Below, in pieces: positions 38,572 through 50,000 of a stretch of DNA of 64,000 bases. The notes beneath the pieces were generated by a model. The model was not told the origin of the DNA. It saw only the letters and a program-made list of their open reading frames with translations, and did no database searches. The translations under genes and the position numbers were made by a program. Where the stretch lies: the UHGV virus genome UHGV-0112899; one strand, given 5' to 3'. Source of the DNA: a virus. The number at the start of each line of letters is the position of its first letter. Within the stretch, counting starts at the first letter, position 1.

Positions 38572-38687
38572 CAAACCAGGCCCCGCCAACCTGGGTGGGG
38601 CCATTTCTCAAAACAAAAGACCACTGGAAATCACAAACTGAACATACTGCCCTTCGATTTATTGCTTGTTAAAGGGGCTATGTTCGT

Positions 38688-39134
38688 ATGGCTGAAACTT
38701 TAAAATCCCAAAGCGATTCCAGTATTTACAAGGCGCAACTCCTTTCTTACTACTACTCTCGCCGTGCAGAGTCTGCAATCGGCAGAGGTGAGCGTTTTGT
38801 TATGACAAAGGCTTATTGGTGCAAGTCCGATCTTGTGACGGTAAATAGTGCTGGTGGCTGGACTATTTCTGATATTCCGCTCGACTTCAAGTTAAGTGAT
38901 GCACAGCATTTTGCTGAATCCAATCTCATTCTTTCCAGCCTCGATGGTGTCATTACGATTAATGCCGCTTTTCCACAAGAAACGATGCCGGACGATACAC
39001 CTTACGATTTCAATACGCTGGTTCTCGTAGATGCAGAGGATCAGGCTTTTGGGGTTGTTTGTACTCAACAGGACACCTTATTCAAAGGTAAGCGATACAG
39101 CTTGCTCATGACCATTGAACAGGTCGAGGGATAA
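38688..39134 (+). CDS. hypothetical tail-associated protein
   Basis: 148-aa ORF immediately upstream of the tail fibre gene. Confidence 0.35.
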   Translation: MAETLKSQSDSSIYKAQLLSYYYSRRAESAIGRGERFVMTKAYWCKSDLVTVNSAGGWTISDIPLDFKLSDAQHFAESNLILSSLDGVITINAAFPQETMPDDTPYDFNTLVLVDAEDQAFGVVCTQQDTLFKGKRYSLLMTIEQVEG

Positions 39135-39136
39135 TT

Positions 39137-42100
39137 ATGTGCGCAGATAAAGTAAAGAACATTGTCACCTTATCTTCGGACATTTCCGCTCCACTAATTG
39201 CAGACATGCAATACTTTGAGCTGTATAGCACCGAAGCTCTAAACAGGAAGATGAAAAATATCGTTCTGCCCGGTGTGTACTGTGGGTTTGAACCGGTGCC
39301 AGGGGATGGCCTGTTTGTGCGGATTACATCCGAGAAAACAGAGGGAAGAGGGGCGGCTTCAGTTGACGTGGGTAAATGTCAGATATCCGTGCAGCAAGTC
39401 AGTGATGTTGTTGTTCCTGTAGAAGCAGGTGTAACGACAATCATCGTTCTTGAAGCTAATTACGAACATGGAGTGAAAACCAGCCAGGTAGATAGTTCAT
39501 CGGATATTAGCGCAGCGAGAATTATAGCTCTCGTTGATGAGGGCATAGCATCTAACCAGATTGAGCTATGCCGAGTGATCGTGCCTGACAATGCTCAAGC
39601 CGTTACCGCAGATATGATTAGCACTAAATATCGCGCTAATCGTGCTGTAGGTGTTGAGTTCTCCAGTGCTTTGGATAGTGACGAAGAATATAAAGCTGCA
39701 ACCCCCCTTGCTATCAGCACGTTAAATAAACTTAAAGCTCCGGTTGATAGCCCGGAATTTATAGGTATCCCTACATCTCCAACTCCGGAACAAGGTACAA
39801 ACAGTACACAAATCGCAAACGCTGCCTTTGTTCAGGCCGCTATAACCGCACTTATTGATGGTTCTCCTTCAGCGTTGGATACGCTGAAAAAAATTGCAGA
39901 TGCAATAAACAATGATCCCCAGTTTAGCCAGACGATTAATGATGCTTTAGCTCTTAAAGCGCCGTTATTAAGCCCGGCATTTACGGGGGTTCCAACAGCT
40001 CCTACGGCGTCACAAGGTACGAACAACACTCAGATTGCAACAACCGCTTATGTTCGTGCCGCTATTTCTGCATTGGTCGGCTCATCACCAGAAGCTCTTG
40101 ATACTCTTAATGAGCTTGCTGCGGCGCTGGGCAATGACCCGAACTTTGCGACTACAATGACAAATGCCCTGGCAGGTAAGCAGCCTCTCGACGCAACCTT
40201 AACCGCGCTCGCTGGCCTGGCGACGGGGGCAAATAAATTACCGTACTTTACCGGAACAGACACTGTAGCCCAGACTGATTTAACGTCAGTCGGTCGCGAT
40301 ATTCTTGCTAAAACAAGCACACTGGCTGTTATCCAATACCTTGGTTTAAGAGAACTCGGAACCAGCGGAGAAAAGCTCCCCCTGTTGAGCACAGCTAATA
40401 CCTGGAGTGCACGCCAGACTTTCAGCGCGGGGATCACTGGTACGCTGACCGGGAACGCCGATACTGCGACGAAATTAAAAACAGCCAGAAAGATTAACGG
40501 TGTGGCATTTGATGGGTCGGCAGATATTACTCTGACCCCTGAAGATCTTGGCTTAACGGATATTGCTTCTCAAGCTGGTAACGCAGTTCAGCGTTCTGGC
40601 GACACAATGGGGGGGCAGCTAAAAATTGGCACAATAAATGCCCTTCGAATATTTAACCAGGACTTTGGCCTTATCTTCAGGAGATCCGAGGAATATCTTC
40701 ATCTTATCCCGACAAATGAAGGGGAGGGTGAAAATGGTGACATCGGGCCATTAAGACCATTTTCTATAAACTTAAGAACTGGGTTGGTGTCCATCGGTAA
40801 CGGCGTAAAAGTTGGCGGTGGTATTACTGGTAATTTGACGGGAAACGCAGATACTGCCACAAAGCTCAAGACAGCTCGAACGATCGGCGGAGTGTCATTT
40901 GATGGCAGCGCCAATATCGACCTGCCTGGCGTGAATAAAACGGGTAATCAGAGCACTACCGGCAATGCTGCAACCGCAACGAAACTTCAGACGGCAAGAA
41001 CAATCGGCGGGGTGGCATTTGATGGCACTGCCAATATCAACCTGCCGGGTGTGAACATTGCTGGTAACCAGAACACAACAGGTAATGCTGCAACCGCTAC
41101 AAAACTGCAAACAGCCCGCACAATCAACGGTGTTAAGTTTGATGGTTCTGCGAACATTTCGATACCAACAATTACGTCCAGAGGGCGTGTTACTGCGCTC
41201 ACCAGTACAACGCAAGGTGCTACTACTGGATTGCAGATGTATGAGGCGTACAACAACGGCTATCCTTCTGCTTACGGGAATGTGCTTCATCTTAAGGGCG
41301 CAGCTGCCGCTGGTGAAGGCGAGTTGTTCATAGGTTGGAGCGGTACAAGTGGTGCTCATGCGCCTGTACATGTACGTTCACGACGAGATGCTGATACAGC
41401 CAGTTGGTCTGAGTGGGCGCAGGTCTACACATCGAAAGATTCCATCCCTGGTGTAAATACCACGGGCAACCAGAACACAACTGGGAACGCGGCGTCTGCA
41501 ACGAAATTACTAACGGCAAGAACTATTGGTGGTGTTTCATTTAATGGCACCGCAAATATCGACCTGCCGGGCGTGAATAAAACAGGTAATCAGAGCACTA
41601 CCGGCAATGCTGCAACTGCAACGAAACTTCAGACGGCACGCACAATCGGCGGGGTTTCGTTTGATGGTACAGCAAACATCAATCTTCCGGGCGTTAATAT
41701 TGCCGGAAATCAAAATACAAGTGGTAATGCAGCTACAGCGACAAAGTTAAAAACTGCCAGAAAAATAAGTGGAGTGGCTTTTGATGGTTCTGCAGACATC
41801 AGATTAACGGCAAGTCATGTTGGTGCGTTACCAACAACAGGTGGTACTGTTACCGGTGAAATTATATCCAGCAGCCAAAATGCTATACGCCTAACTTATA
41901 ATAATAACTATGGATTCCTAATAACTAATACTGGATATAGTTTCCAGATATCAACCACTGGGCAAAATGTTAATGGTGATGTCGTTTACACTCCATTAAA
42001 GATAGATGGCGGTGATGGTCGCGTAGAATTAGGACGTGCTGATGGTCATGTAAGGGTTATGGGGAATTTATCTGCCGCTGGTCAGATTACCCCTGGTAAC

Positions 42101-42406
42101 TATAGTAATTTCAACACGAAATATCAGGCTAAAAACACAGCATATGCCAACATTCATGGATGGCATAAGGATACATCAACTAAGGTGATGATGCAGTGGG
42201 GGTTTATAACAAATTTAACTCCAGGAAGCGTGGTTAAATTTCCGACTGCTTTTCCTGAGGCGTGTGCGGTAGTTGTGATTTCGCCTCACAGCGGGAATGC
42301 TGTCAATTCAATTCTTTATACATACAACCACTCAGCCACTGGTTTTACAGTGAAAAGTAGCTCCACTGATAAAATATATGCACAGTATGTTGCTTATGGG
42401 TATTAA
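39137..42406 (+). CDS. tail fibre protein with internal tandem repeats
   Basis: 1089 aa; many copies of GN(A/Q)xT(A/T)TKL(K/Q)TAR(T/K)I(G/N)GV.FDG.A(N/D)I; followed by a tail fibre assembly gene. Confidence 0.7.
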   Translation: MCADKVKNIVTLSSDISAPLIADMQYFELYSTEALNRKMKNIVLPGVYCGFEPVPGDGLFVRITSEKTEGRGAASVDVGKCQISVQQVSDVVVPVEAGVTTIIVLEANYEHGVKTSQVDSSSDISAARIIALVDEGIASNQIELCRVIVPDNAQAVTADMISTKYRANRAVGVEFSSALDSDEEYKAATPLAISTLNKLKAPVDSPEFIGIPTSPTPEQGTNSTQIANAAFVQAAITALIDGSPSALDTLKKIADAINNDPQFSQTINDALALKAPLLSPAFTGVPTAPTASQGTNNTQIATTAYVRAAISALVGSSPEALDTLNELAAALGNDPNFATTMTNALAGKQPLDATLTALAGLATGANKLPYFTGTDTVAQTDLTSVGRDILAKTSTLAVIQYLGLRELGTSGEKLPLLSTANTWSARQTFSAGITGTLTGNADTATKLKTARKINGVAFDGSADITLTPEDLGLTDIASQAGNAVQRSGDTMGGQLKIGTINALRIFNQDFGLIFRRSEEYLHLIPTNEGEGENGDIGPLRPFSINLRTGLVSIGNGVKVGGGITGNLTGNADTATKLKTARTIGGVSFDGSANIDLPGVNKTGNQSTTGNAATATKLQTARTIGGVAFDGTANINLPGVNIAGNQNTTGNAATATKLQTARTINGVKFDGSANISIPTITSRGRVTALTSTTQGATTGLQMYEAYNNGYPSAYGNVLHLKGAAAAGEGELFIGWSGTSGAHAPVHVRSRRDADTASWSEWAQVYTSKDSIPGVNTTGNQNTTGNAASATKLLTARTIGGVSFNGTANIDLPGVNKTGNQSTTGNAATATKLQTARTIGGVSFDGTANINLPGVNIAGNQNTSGNAATATKLKTARKISGVAFDGSADIRLTASHVGALPTTGGTVTGEIISSSQNAIRLTYNNNYGFLITNTGYSFQISTTGQNVNGDVVYTPLKIDGGDGRVELGRADGHVRVMGNLSAAGQITPGNYSNFNTKYQAKNTAYANIHGWHKDTSTKVMMQWGFITNLTPGSVVKFPTAFPEACAVVVISPHSGNAVNSILYTYNHSATGFTVKSSSTDKIYAQYVAYGY
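40440..41800 (+). repeat. intragenic repeat blocks in the tail fibre gene
   Basis: ~120-bp repeat units; a ~200-bp segment at 40928-41120 recurs near-identically at 41572-41770. Confidence 0.6.
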
Positions 42407-42437
42407 AAATATAGTTAATTAGAATGAAGGTGCTTAA

Positions 42438-42860
42438 ATGGCAAAGTATTACAGCAAAGAGACTGGTGGTTTCTACGACGACAGACTAAAAGAAGATTAC
42501 GATAAAAACGGTTCATGGCCGTCCGATACTGTACATATACCTGATGACTTATATGATGAATTGTTATCAGGGTATGGCAATGGGAAAATAATAATTGCAA
42601 ATGGCGATGGTTATCCAATGTTATCTGACCCACAACCTATGAGCTTAGAGGATAGAGTCAGCATTGCTGAAAACACCAAAAGTAGTCTTATGAATGATGT
42701 GAGCATAAAAATATCAACGCTTCAGGATGCTGTTGATATGGATATTGCCACTGATGAGGAAATAGAAATGTTGACAAAGTTAAAGAGGTATAGAGTTCTT
42801 CTTAATAGAGTTGACACTTCTGTTGATGCAGATATCTCATGGCCTGAGATGCCTGTATAA
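42438..42860 (+). CDS. tail fibre assembly protein (Tfa-like)
   Basis: 140 aa; MAKYYSKETGGFYDD...DLYDELLSG signature typical of tail fibre assembly chaperones. Confidence 0.65.
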   Translation: MAKYYSKETGGFYDDRLKEDYDKNGSWPSDTVHIPDDLYDELLSGYGNGKIIIANGDGYPMLSDPQPMSLEDRVSIAENTKSSLMNDVSIKISTLQDAVDMDIATDEEIEMLTKLKRYRVLLNRVDTSVDADISWPEMPV

Positions 42861-42903
42861 ACAATCATAACAATCCAATCAGCACTGCTTTTTTGATATT
42901 TCA

Positions 42904-42930
42904 AGCCCTCTTTTGTTGAGGGCTTTATTA
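42904..42930 (+). terminator. rho-independent terminator
   Basis: stem agccctc/gagggct with T-rich loop, followed by tttatt. Confidence 0.55.
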
Positions 42931-43320
42931 GTGAGTGCTTTTGTGACCTTTTTTAGTAATACAATCCTTTGGTACAAAAAAGCCGCCGTCCAGTCAATGA
43001 CGGCGGGCAAAATGAACACTCAGTTAGTTGTATCTGAGAGGGGGGCATTATATTCACTGAATGACGCTTGTGAAGACTCACATGTCATCATTTTGTCCTC
43101 AAGAATCAGCTCACATCTTGCGCATTCAAGCGTATTTCTCTTTAAAGCCGTGTTTGGACCATTTTGTTGATACGCGAATTTGGCATCCTCCACGCTCTGA
43201 GTGACGAGGTTTACGGACCACCGGGCCATCATATGCATCCATTTTGTGTGAATGGCATTTAGTCGGGAAATAACAAACTGGATAAGTTGAAGCCGCGTTA
43301 AACGTCATTTCTGGAGGGGT

Positions 43321-43647
43321 ATGTTTGCAGATTATGAAAATCTGGCTGTAGCAGTCATAACATCCCTGCTGAGTGGAACCGGCGTATTCCTTCTCGGAGT
43401 TAGAGACGGGCGCATTTCTGCGTCACTGCTCAACCTCGCGAGTGAATTGTTTACTGCAGTAACTGCCGGGCTTGCGGGGTTTTGGGTGGCTGATAGCTAT
43501 GAATGGCCGGAAGGCATCATTTACTGCGTTGTTCTGATTGCCAGTAACAACGGAAGTGAAATTTTACAGGGCTTGAAGTCCAGAGCTAGTAACGTCTTGA
43601 ATCTCTTAAGCGTAATAGCGAGTGGGGGAAAAGGTGGAGAGAAGTAA
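43321..43647 (+). CDS. putative holin (LydA-like)
   Basis: 108 aa with three predicted hydrophobic helices; GGAGGGG RBS. Confidence 0.4.
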   Translation: MFADYENLAVAVITSLLSGTGVFLLGVRDGRISASLLNLASELFTAVTAGLAGFWVADSYEWPEGIIYCVVLIASNNGSEILQGLKSRASNVLNLLSVIASGGKGGEK

Positions 43648-44093
43648 TGGGTGACTTTGGAAATTATTTCATTTTTATCATGGCATTTGTTGCCGTTATT
43701 GACCGTTTCTTATTTCGTCGCAAGAGTGTTGATATTTTGAGCATTGGCGAAGCTGTAGTGAAAGAGTCTGCTATAGCGTTTCCCGTGTCGCTTCGCGTTA
43801 AGCGAAGCTGGGTAAGCAATGCACAAATCGAATATTGGTTGCAGGACTTGAAAAATCCATCTGTGGTTATTTCGGGGAAAACAAGACCAGTTGACGCATC
43901 AAAACGCGGTGAGAGAGAAGAATATTTGCTCATCGACACGAAATATCTTGAGCCAGCGAAGTGGGATCTAAAGGTCACATTGACTAACGGTAATTGCCGC
44001 CTGAATCCGCTTTATCGCATTTTCCCTATCAATGACTGCATAGAACGTCAGTTTATGATTGAAAAGTGTGAAGGAGACTGGAATGTCAAATAA
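43647..44093 (+). CDS. membrane protein, possible antiholin (LydB-like)
   Basis: 148 aa with N-terminal hydrophobic helix; TAATG coupling to the holin-like gene. Confidence 0.3.
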   Translation: MGDFGNYFIFIMAFVAVIDRFLFRRKSVDILSIGEAVVKESAIAFPVSLRVKRSWVSNAQIEYWLQDLKNPSVVISGKTRPVDASKRGEREEYLLIDTKYLEPAKWDLKVTLTNGNCRLNPLYRIFPINDCIERQFMIEKCEGDWNVK

Positions 44094-44700
44094 ATCTAAT
44101 TATGTTCTTCTTAATTATGATGAGTTAAACGAAAAGGGGCTGGCAAAACTCGTCAAAGAAATCGGTAAAGGAGGCTACAAGATAGCGAGGGTGATCCCCG
44201 CCAGTAATGGCAGGAAGAAAGACGGGATCATGACGCGCACGTTTACCCTTATCGGAATCGATGAGCAGACGATGGACGTTCAGGTTAATGATACTGGTGA
44301 TATTTCTGGTGTAAAACTGAACGGAAAAATTGTTCCTTTCAAGCCAGTTAAAACGCTGATGGCTTTAGGGCAATCACTGGCTGCTTTATTTAATAAAGGC
44401 GCATCATCATTTCAGAAATCATTGGCGCGTAAGTTAGCTCGTGCGGCGAAAGATATTGATGATGGGAATAAGAAAATAAAAGGCGTTAAGTCCAATGCGC
44501 AGAAACTAGCAGAGGCAAAGGAATCTCGCGATGCGATCCGCGAGGATATTGAAAGGGCCAAAGAAAAATTAAATCAGGTGCAAGGTAATTCAGACCGCGC
44601 AACAAGAGAAACTGAAATCATTAGAACCGAGATGGCGCAGGAACTGGCGAAAACTCGCGTATTGAAAGAAGAAATAGCGCGCCTGGAGGAAGATGCATGA
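44083..44700 (+). CDS. Hdf-like protein (homologous to a DarA-like fragment)
   Basis: 205 aa; coiled-coil segment resembles part of the downstream 641-aa protein; AGGAG RBS. Confidence 0.35.
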   Translation: MSNKSNYVLLNYDELNEKGLAKLVKEIGKGGYKIARVIPASNGRKKDGIMTRTFTLIGIDEQTMDVQVNDTGDISGVKLNGKIVPFKPVKTLMALGQSLAALFNKGASSFQKSLARKLARAAKDIDDGNKKIKGVKSNAQKLAEAKESRDAIREDIERAKEKLNQVQGNSDRATRETEIIRTEMAQELAKTRVLKEEIARLEEDA

Positions 44701-46622
44701 TAAAGAAACCTATTCGAATAAATATCCAGTCCACTTTTGCAGATACGCTCACTGGATATACGCCTAATCGTTGGGTGGCGGAAGATATCACCGAGGATGA
44801 TTTACTTATCGAGCCTGCGACGCTGGAAGATATCGAGCTGGCCTATATGGGCAACGAAATTTTGGTAACTACCAATGAGGCAATGTTCGAAGCTTTAACC
44901 ACAACAAAATTGCGGTTAGCGCAAACAATGCGAGCATTTGTCCGGGCGCTTAATCGCGGCCTGAATGGCACTGACATTGCTGCGGGTACGGATGAGGCAG
45001 GTGAATATGAAGACGGACGTAATAGTATCGGTGGGGCAATCATTGGGCGCGTGCGCCGGGTTGCTAATATCCCTGTTGTAACAGCACAAATACCTCTAAC
45101 CGATGGACAAACGACAAGCATAATTTTCCATTCTCCAACCGCAGACGGCACAAGAATTAAAGGGGATGACGAGCTGGTTGCGTTTCAGTTTCTTCTTAAC
45201 AAAAGAAACGTTACGCATGTTGTTGCGCCAATCGGTGGGCGTGATGTATCTCTGAGCCAGGTGTGTCAGGCGCTTTCTAACCTCATTGAGCGTAACAGTG
45301 CAAAATTCAAAAAAGCAAAGGAGCGCCAGGACAAAATGAAGGCTGATATTGAGGGGTATCTCAATGAAGCCGACAAGCTGGCAGAAGAACGTTCTGTGCT
45401 GATTGAGCAGGTTGAAGACGCACAGCGGGGGCTGGCAGAGAAACGCTCAACACTCAATGATATGCAGAATAAATTAGACGCACAAAAAGCCCTTAACGGG
45501 GAATTGCAGGCTAAGCGCGATAATTTATTGTCAGCTAAGAGCCAAGGAACTAAAGAGCGTGCCTTCAATGATCAACTGCGACACATAAAACATAATCTTG
45601 CTACAGAAGGCCAAACAACGCTGGATAATGGTGCTGTAGTTAAGTATGTCACGTCAGGCAGTGATAGCTTTGTCACGATTGAGGCACCAGAAGGCAATTT
45701 CAGTATTGATGTCAGTGCTGTTAAAGGTGGGAGTTCAGCGGACGCTGCAACCAAATTACTTAAAGCCTATCGTGAACATAATGCTGATCAATACAAAGTG
45801 GATGTGTTGCCGGGCCAGCCTGAGCCAACTGATCAGCCGCAGCCTGAACAGGAGCCACAACCAGCATCACATCCTGATCCCCTGGAGGTTGGTAAATATC
45901 GCTATGCGCTACAATCTCGCCCGGCGGGTGTTGGTGCGGTTCCTGAAGGAAATAAAGCTGTACTTGACCGTCCTGATCAGGCTGATCCGTATTACGAATA
46001 TGCTCGTCACGGAATCATTACGTATGACCGCAAACTGACAGACGAAGAAGTCAGTCAGTACGAATTACGCTATCTGCCTGATGACGATGAACTGAGAGGG
46101 ATGGCGAACGAGCTGGTTGCGTCCAGCATGGTAAAACATATTGATGGCTATGTAGATCTGTTTGGAAGTGACCTGAAAACATTCAAGGCGCAAGTTAAAA
46201 TTCTTTTCCGCAAAGCGTTCCCGAACGTGGCATATCCACTTGGTGATGGGGAGAACCTTTTCATTATGGACGTGTATAACGCCCTTCAAAATCATTCAAG
46301 CGAAGTAAAAACAGATCCTGTAGTTGAGCCAGAATCGCAACCTGCACCAGCACCAGAACAGGAGCCGGAGCCAGAAGAAGCGGGTGAATCAGCAAGCGAA
46401 GCTGACCAGGAAGCAGATAAAGCGCTTGAGTACCTGAAATCCGTTCCGGAGCAGTTCACATCCCGCGATCTGACGGTCATAAGTGCTGAACTTGATCATG
46501 TGCAGGAAGCTGCAAACGCTCTTATCAGTGCTGGTCGATATGACGAGAACGAAGCAACTGTAGGTGCAGCCGTTGACTACCTGATCAATATTCTGGCTGA
46601 AATTCAGCAGGGAGGTGCTTAA
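44697..46622 (+). CDS. DarA-like antirestriction protein
   Basis: 641 aa; size and operon position match the P1 darA operon; no catalytic motif seen. Confidence 0.4.
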   Translation: MIKKPIRINIQSTFADTLTGYTPNRWVAEDITEDDLLIEPATLEDIELAYMGNEILVTTNEAMFEALTTTKLRLAQTMRAFVRALNRGLNGTDIAAGTDEAGEYEDGRNSIGGAIIGRVRRVANIPVVTAQIPLTDGQTTSIIFHSPTADGTRIKGDDELVAFQFLLNKRNVTHVVAPIGGRDVSLSQVCQALSNLIERNSAKFKKAKERQDKMKADIEGYLNEADKLAEERSVLIEQVEDAQRGLAEKRSTLNDMQNKLDAQKALNGELQAKRDNLLSAKSQGTKERAFNDQLRHIKHNLATEGQTTLDNGAVVKYVTSGSDSFVTIEAPEGNFSIDVSAVKGGSSADAATKLLKAYREHNADQYKVDVLPGQPEPTDQPQPEQEPQPASHPDPLEVGKYRYALQSRPAGVGAVPEGNKAVLDRPDQADPYYEYARHGIITYDRKLTDEEVSQYELRYLPDDDELRGMANELVASSMVKHIDGYVDLFGSDLKTFKAQVKILFRKAFPNVAYPLGDGENLFIMDVYNALQNHSSEVKTDPVVEPESQPAPAPEQEPEPEEAGESASEADQEADKALEYLKSVPEQFTSRDLTVISAELDHVQEAANALISAGRYDENEATVGAAVDYLINILAEIQQGGA

Positions 46623-46990
46623 TGGCTATCTCTGTTTTAGAACGCCTGAAATTAGGTAAAGAGCTATCAGATCTAATGCAGGCGCAGAAAACCGCGCCAG
46701 TATTGCAACGCGTCTCAATTGGTAAGCAGATTGTTGATGTGATGCTTAAACTGGGGCTTGGGGCTGCGGCCCAATCAGTATCGGATCCGCAGGCGCAGCC
46801 AGATACTGTTGCAGGTGACATTCCTAAGATAGTGACAGACTTCCTTGGAGGTGCATTCACAAAGTCCACGCAAATGGAATTTATTGATGCGCTACGTGGG
46901 ATCTCAAACTATGTAGGCGAGTTCCTTACGTTGGAACAGGCTAAAGAGCAGACCATAAGCTGGGTGAAAGCCAACGGTTATGCAGGGTAA
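46622..46990 (+). CDS. DdrA-like small protein
   Basis: 122 aa, TAATG-coupled to the DarA-like gene. Confidence 0.35.
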   Translation: MAISVLERLKLGKELSDLMQAQKTAPVLQRVSIGKQIVDVMLKLGLGAAAQSVSDPQAQPDTVAGDIPKIVTDFLGGAFTKSTQMEFIDALRGISNYVGEFLTLEQAKEQTISWVKANGYAG

Positions 46991-47083
46991 TCAAAGGGGC
47001 TGAAATGCCCCTTTCACTTTCCTGTAAGTCCATAAATCACACACTTTTTACACTTCCTGCTTTCTATGTAAGGGGAGTGTATT

Positions 47084-50000
47084 TTGAACAAGTCAGTTAC
47101 TTCCGCGCTATCCGAAGCAGCAGACATTAACAGTGTTATTGCGCTGGTTTCTTCATTAGAGAGGCGAGAAACACGCCAGGGGCGCAGTAGTTACGTAGTC
47201 ACCAGTAAAGGGGCAGAGGTAAAGACGGCTTTTAAGGTCGTTGATGCCAGCAGTCTGATCATTTCGAACAACCTTGACGGTACGATTAATCCGGCCTTCC
47301 CGGAAGAACTCCAACCACGAGATCGTACCCGGCTATCCAGCAAACTCCAGGTTAACCGTATTGCCTCCAATTTACGCCCGGCACAATTAACGGATTCCGG
47401 TATGAGCAGCCACGGAGCGCCGATAGTTGGTCCGGACAACGTTGTTGAATCCGGCAACGGAAGGAGTATGGGTATCTGGCGTGCCTATGAGCAAGGACAG
47501 GCGGATGAGTATCGCCAGTACCTGATCGACCATGCGAAAGAGTTTGGTCTGAATCCTGACGAAATTTCGCAAATGTCTATGCCCGTACTGGTGCGAGAAA
47601 GACTCACAGATGTAGACCGCGCTCAATTTGCCCGCGATTCAAACATTAGCGATCTGCAAGAGATGGCAGCAAGTGAAAAAGCGTATGCGGATGCGCAATT
47701 TCTCACTGAGAGCGTCATGGCGCTATTTAATCCTTCAGATGATGGAAATCTGCTGGCGCGGTCCAATGATGCGTTTATTCGTGCGTTTTTGCGCGAAATT
47801 GGCGATACAGCGACGGCAGGCTTGCTTACTGCCGATGGGCGTCCCACGAAACAGCTTATCGATCGCATCCAGAATGCAATTTTTGCCAAAGCGTACAAGG
47901 ATGAAAGGCTTGTTCGGTTGGTGGCGGAAGAGCCAGATCCGGAAATGCGTAACATCCTTACCGCATTAAATACGGCAGCCAGCGATTTTGCGCAAATGCA
48001 GTCGCTTTCAGGTGATGTTCACCATGACACGGTAACCGGACTGGTAGACGGTATAGAGCAATTGAATGGTCTGGATAAACAGGCTATTGCCGCGCTACAG
48101 GAAGCAATTAACCTTGTTCGTGAAGCAAAAGATAACGGTCAGGCAGTAGAAGAGGTGATCGCACAGCGTGGATTGTTTGGAGATAGCACTCCGGAAGCAG
48201 AAGCGCTTGCTCTGTTTATTGTTGCCAACAACCGAAGCGCTAAGCGAATGGGGGCAGCTTTCAAGAAACTGGCGCAAAAAATTAACGATGAACTTATTCA
48301 CCAGCAACAAGCGTTAGGCGATATGTTCGGCGGCGGAGATGTCGATCTGCGTAGCATTTTATCTGCCGTTTCTGATGAAATTGAGGCTGAGTATGGCGAA
48401 GGTAAAGGGCTTAATTTCGCCATGTTCGAATCGGTTTCGGGAGATGTCGAACCATACATTTCAAAGCTAATTGCTGATGCGACCAGCGTGGAGGACTTGA
48501 TCCGAATCGTGAAGGCGTCAGAAAAAATTAAGGAGTCCGCAAAAAAAATAAAGCGCAATGTATTTTTGGAACTTGGTTTTTATATTCGCAATGTCACCGT
48601 TAATGAGATTAAGGCGTGGGCTAAACGTTATGGATACAGCAACGCTGTGTTAACAACGATGTTATTGTCTTATCAACGCAGCAATTTTTATGCTAACGCA
48701 CTGCGTGACGCGATTGAAAAAGGAGATGAAGCTCCTTCACTCGCAGATGAAAGAAATATTGATTGTGACATTGAAACGTTTTGCAATATGTCAGAAGAAG
48801 GCGTGCCCGCTGAACAATTTATACGTGTTTTACATAATGCAGCAAAACATATTCCTGATGACTTTAGCATTGATGAATTGCGCAATGGTTGTCTTGTTTG
48901 GTTAGGTAACTATTTAAAATCTCCAGCGTCTATTGCAGAGAAAACAGCTTTAAGATTTAGAAAGGAAATGAATAAAGCTGGAAGCGCAGAAGAGATGGTG
49001 CGCATAATCCAAAATACTTTGAAGTTATTCAAAAAGAGCTTGCATAATATCAACGATATTATGGCGGCTGGTAGGAAAATAACAGCCAGCGTCGGAGTTA
49101 GCTCCGAACTAACGGCAGAGGAGATCGCTGATGCGTATATTGAGACACTTGTCAGGCTTAAGGAGATAGTGGAATTAGCAGAGCATTCCTCATATTACGG
49201 AATCAAGGAGCGCGTTGACTTTACTATAGAACAAATCAATAAAGTTAGGTCAAATAAGGAAAAACTCACTGACTACCTTGCTGAGGTTTTGCACCAGAAT
49301 GATCATGGGATTGGATATGATCTGAAAAAAATGCTTGTTTTTAATCTGGACATACCGGAAGACTTGCAAGCAGAATTATATGAAATAGCTTCATTAACAC
49401 GTGGACAAAAAGCCTATCCTAATGCGCTTGAAAATGTAGTACATAAAAAAGTCAGAGCCGCATTTGACATGATTCTTGAATCGTCAAATGTGTCACATGA
49501 CCAGTCTAAGGAATGGAGTCGTGGGATTGCTATTTCTGATGAAGCAGAGCAGTTAAGTGGTCACGATAATGAAACTTTCTCCCGTAAAGCATACAGTATT
49601 CGCGAGACAATTGAAAAAGCCTATATTATTTCAGGAGGGACTTTATCTACATTAAAAAATATTAACCACAAGAACAATGTTCGTGCTTTTGCAAGTCGAA
49701 ATGGGAATATAACAATTGATGCTAATAGTGATCATGAGCGTGTATTATGGCATGAAATAGGTCACCATATAGAACATTCAAATCCCCATCTATTGGAGAG
49801 GGCCAAAGCCTTCATTAAATCAAAAACTAACGGTAAAGTTTCTTATCATAATATTGGTAGCCGTGGCAGTGCTGAGTATTTGGTGCGAACCGACCTAAGT
49901 CATGGATATATGTCTAAAATTTATATGGAAAATACGGTAAGTTCTGTCAGCGGCAGATTTATATCAAAGCCACCTGCATTAAGCAATTGCAGGGCGACTG

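Noticed and set aside
43020-43238. 72-aa minus-strand ORF after the tail fibre assembly gene
   Set aside because: No RBS and no recognisable fold. A minus-strand hairpin with T-run (42973-43005) downstream makes it possible but not supportable; a recombinase remnant was considered but no recombinase motifs are present.
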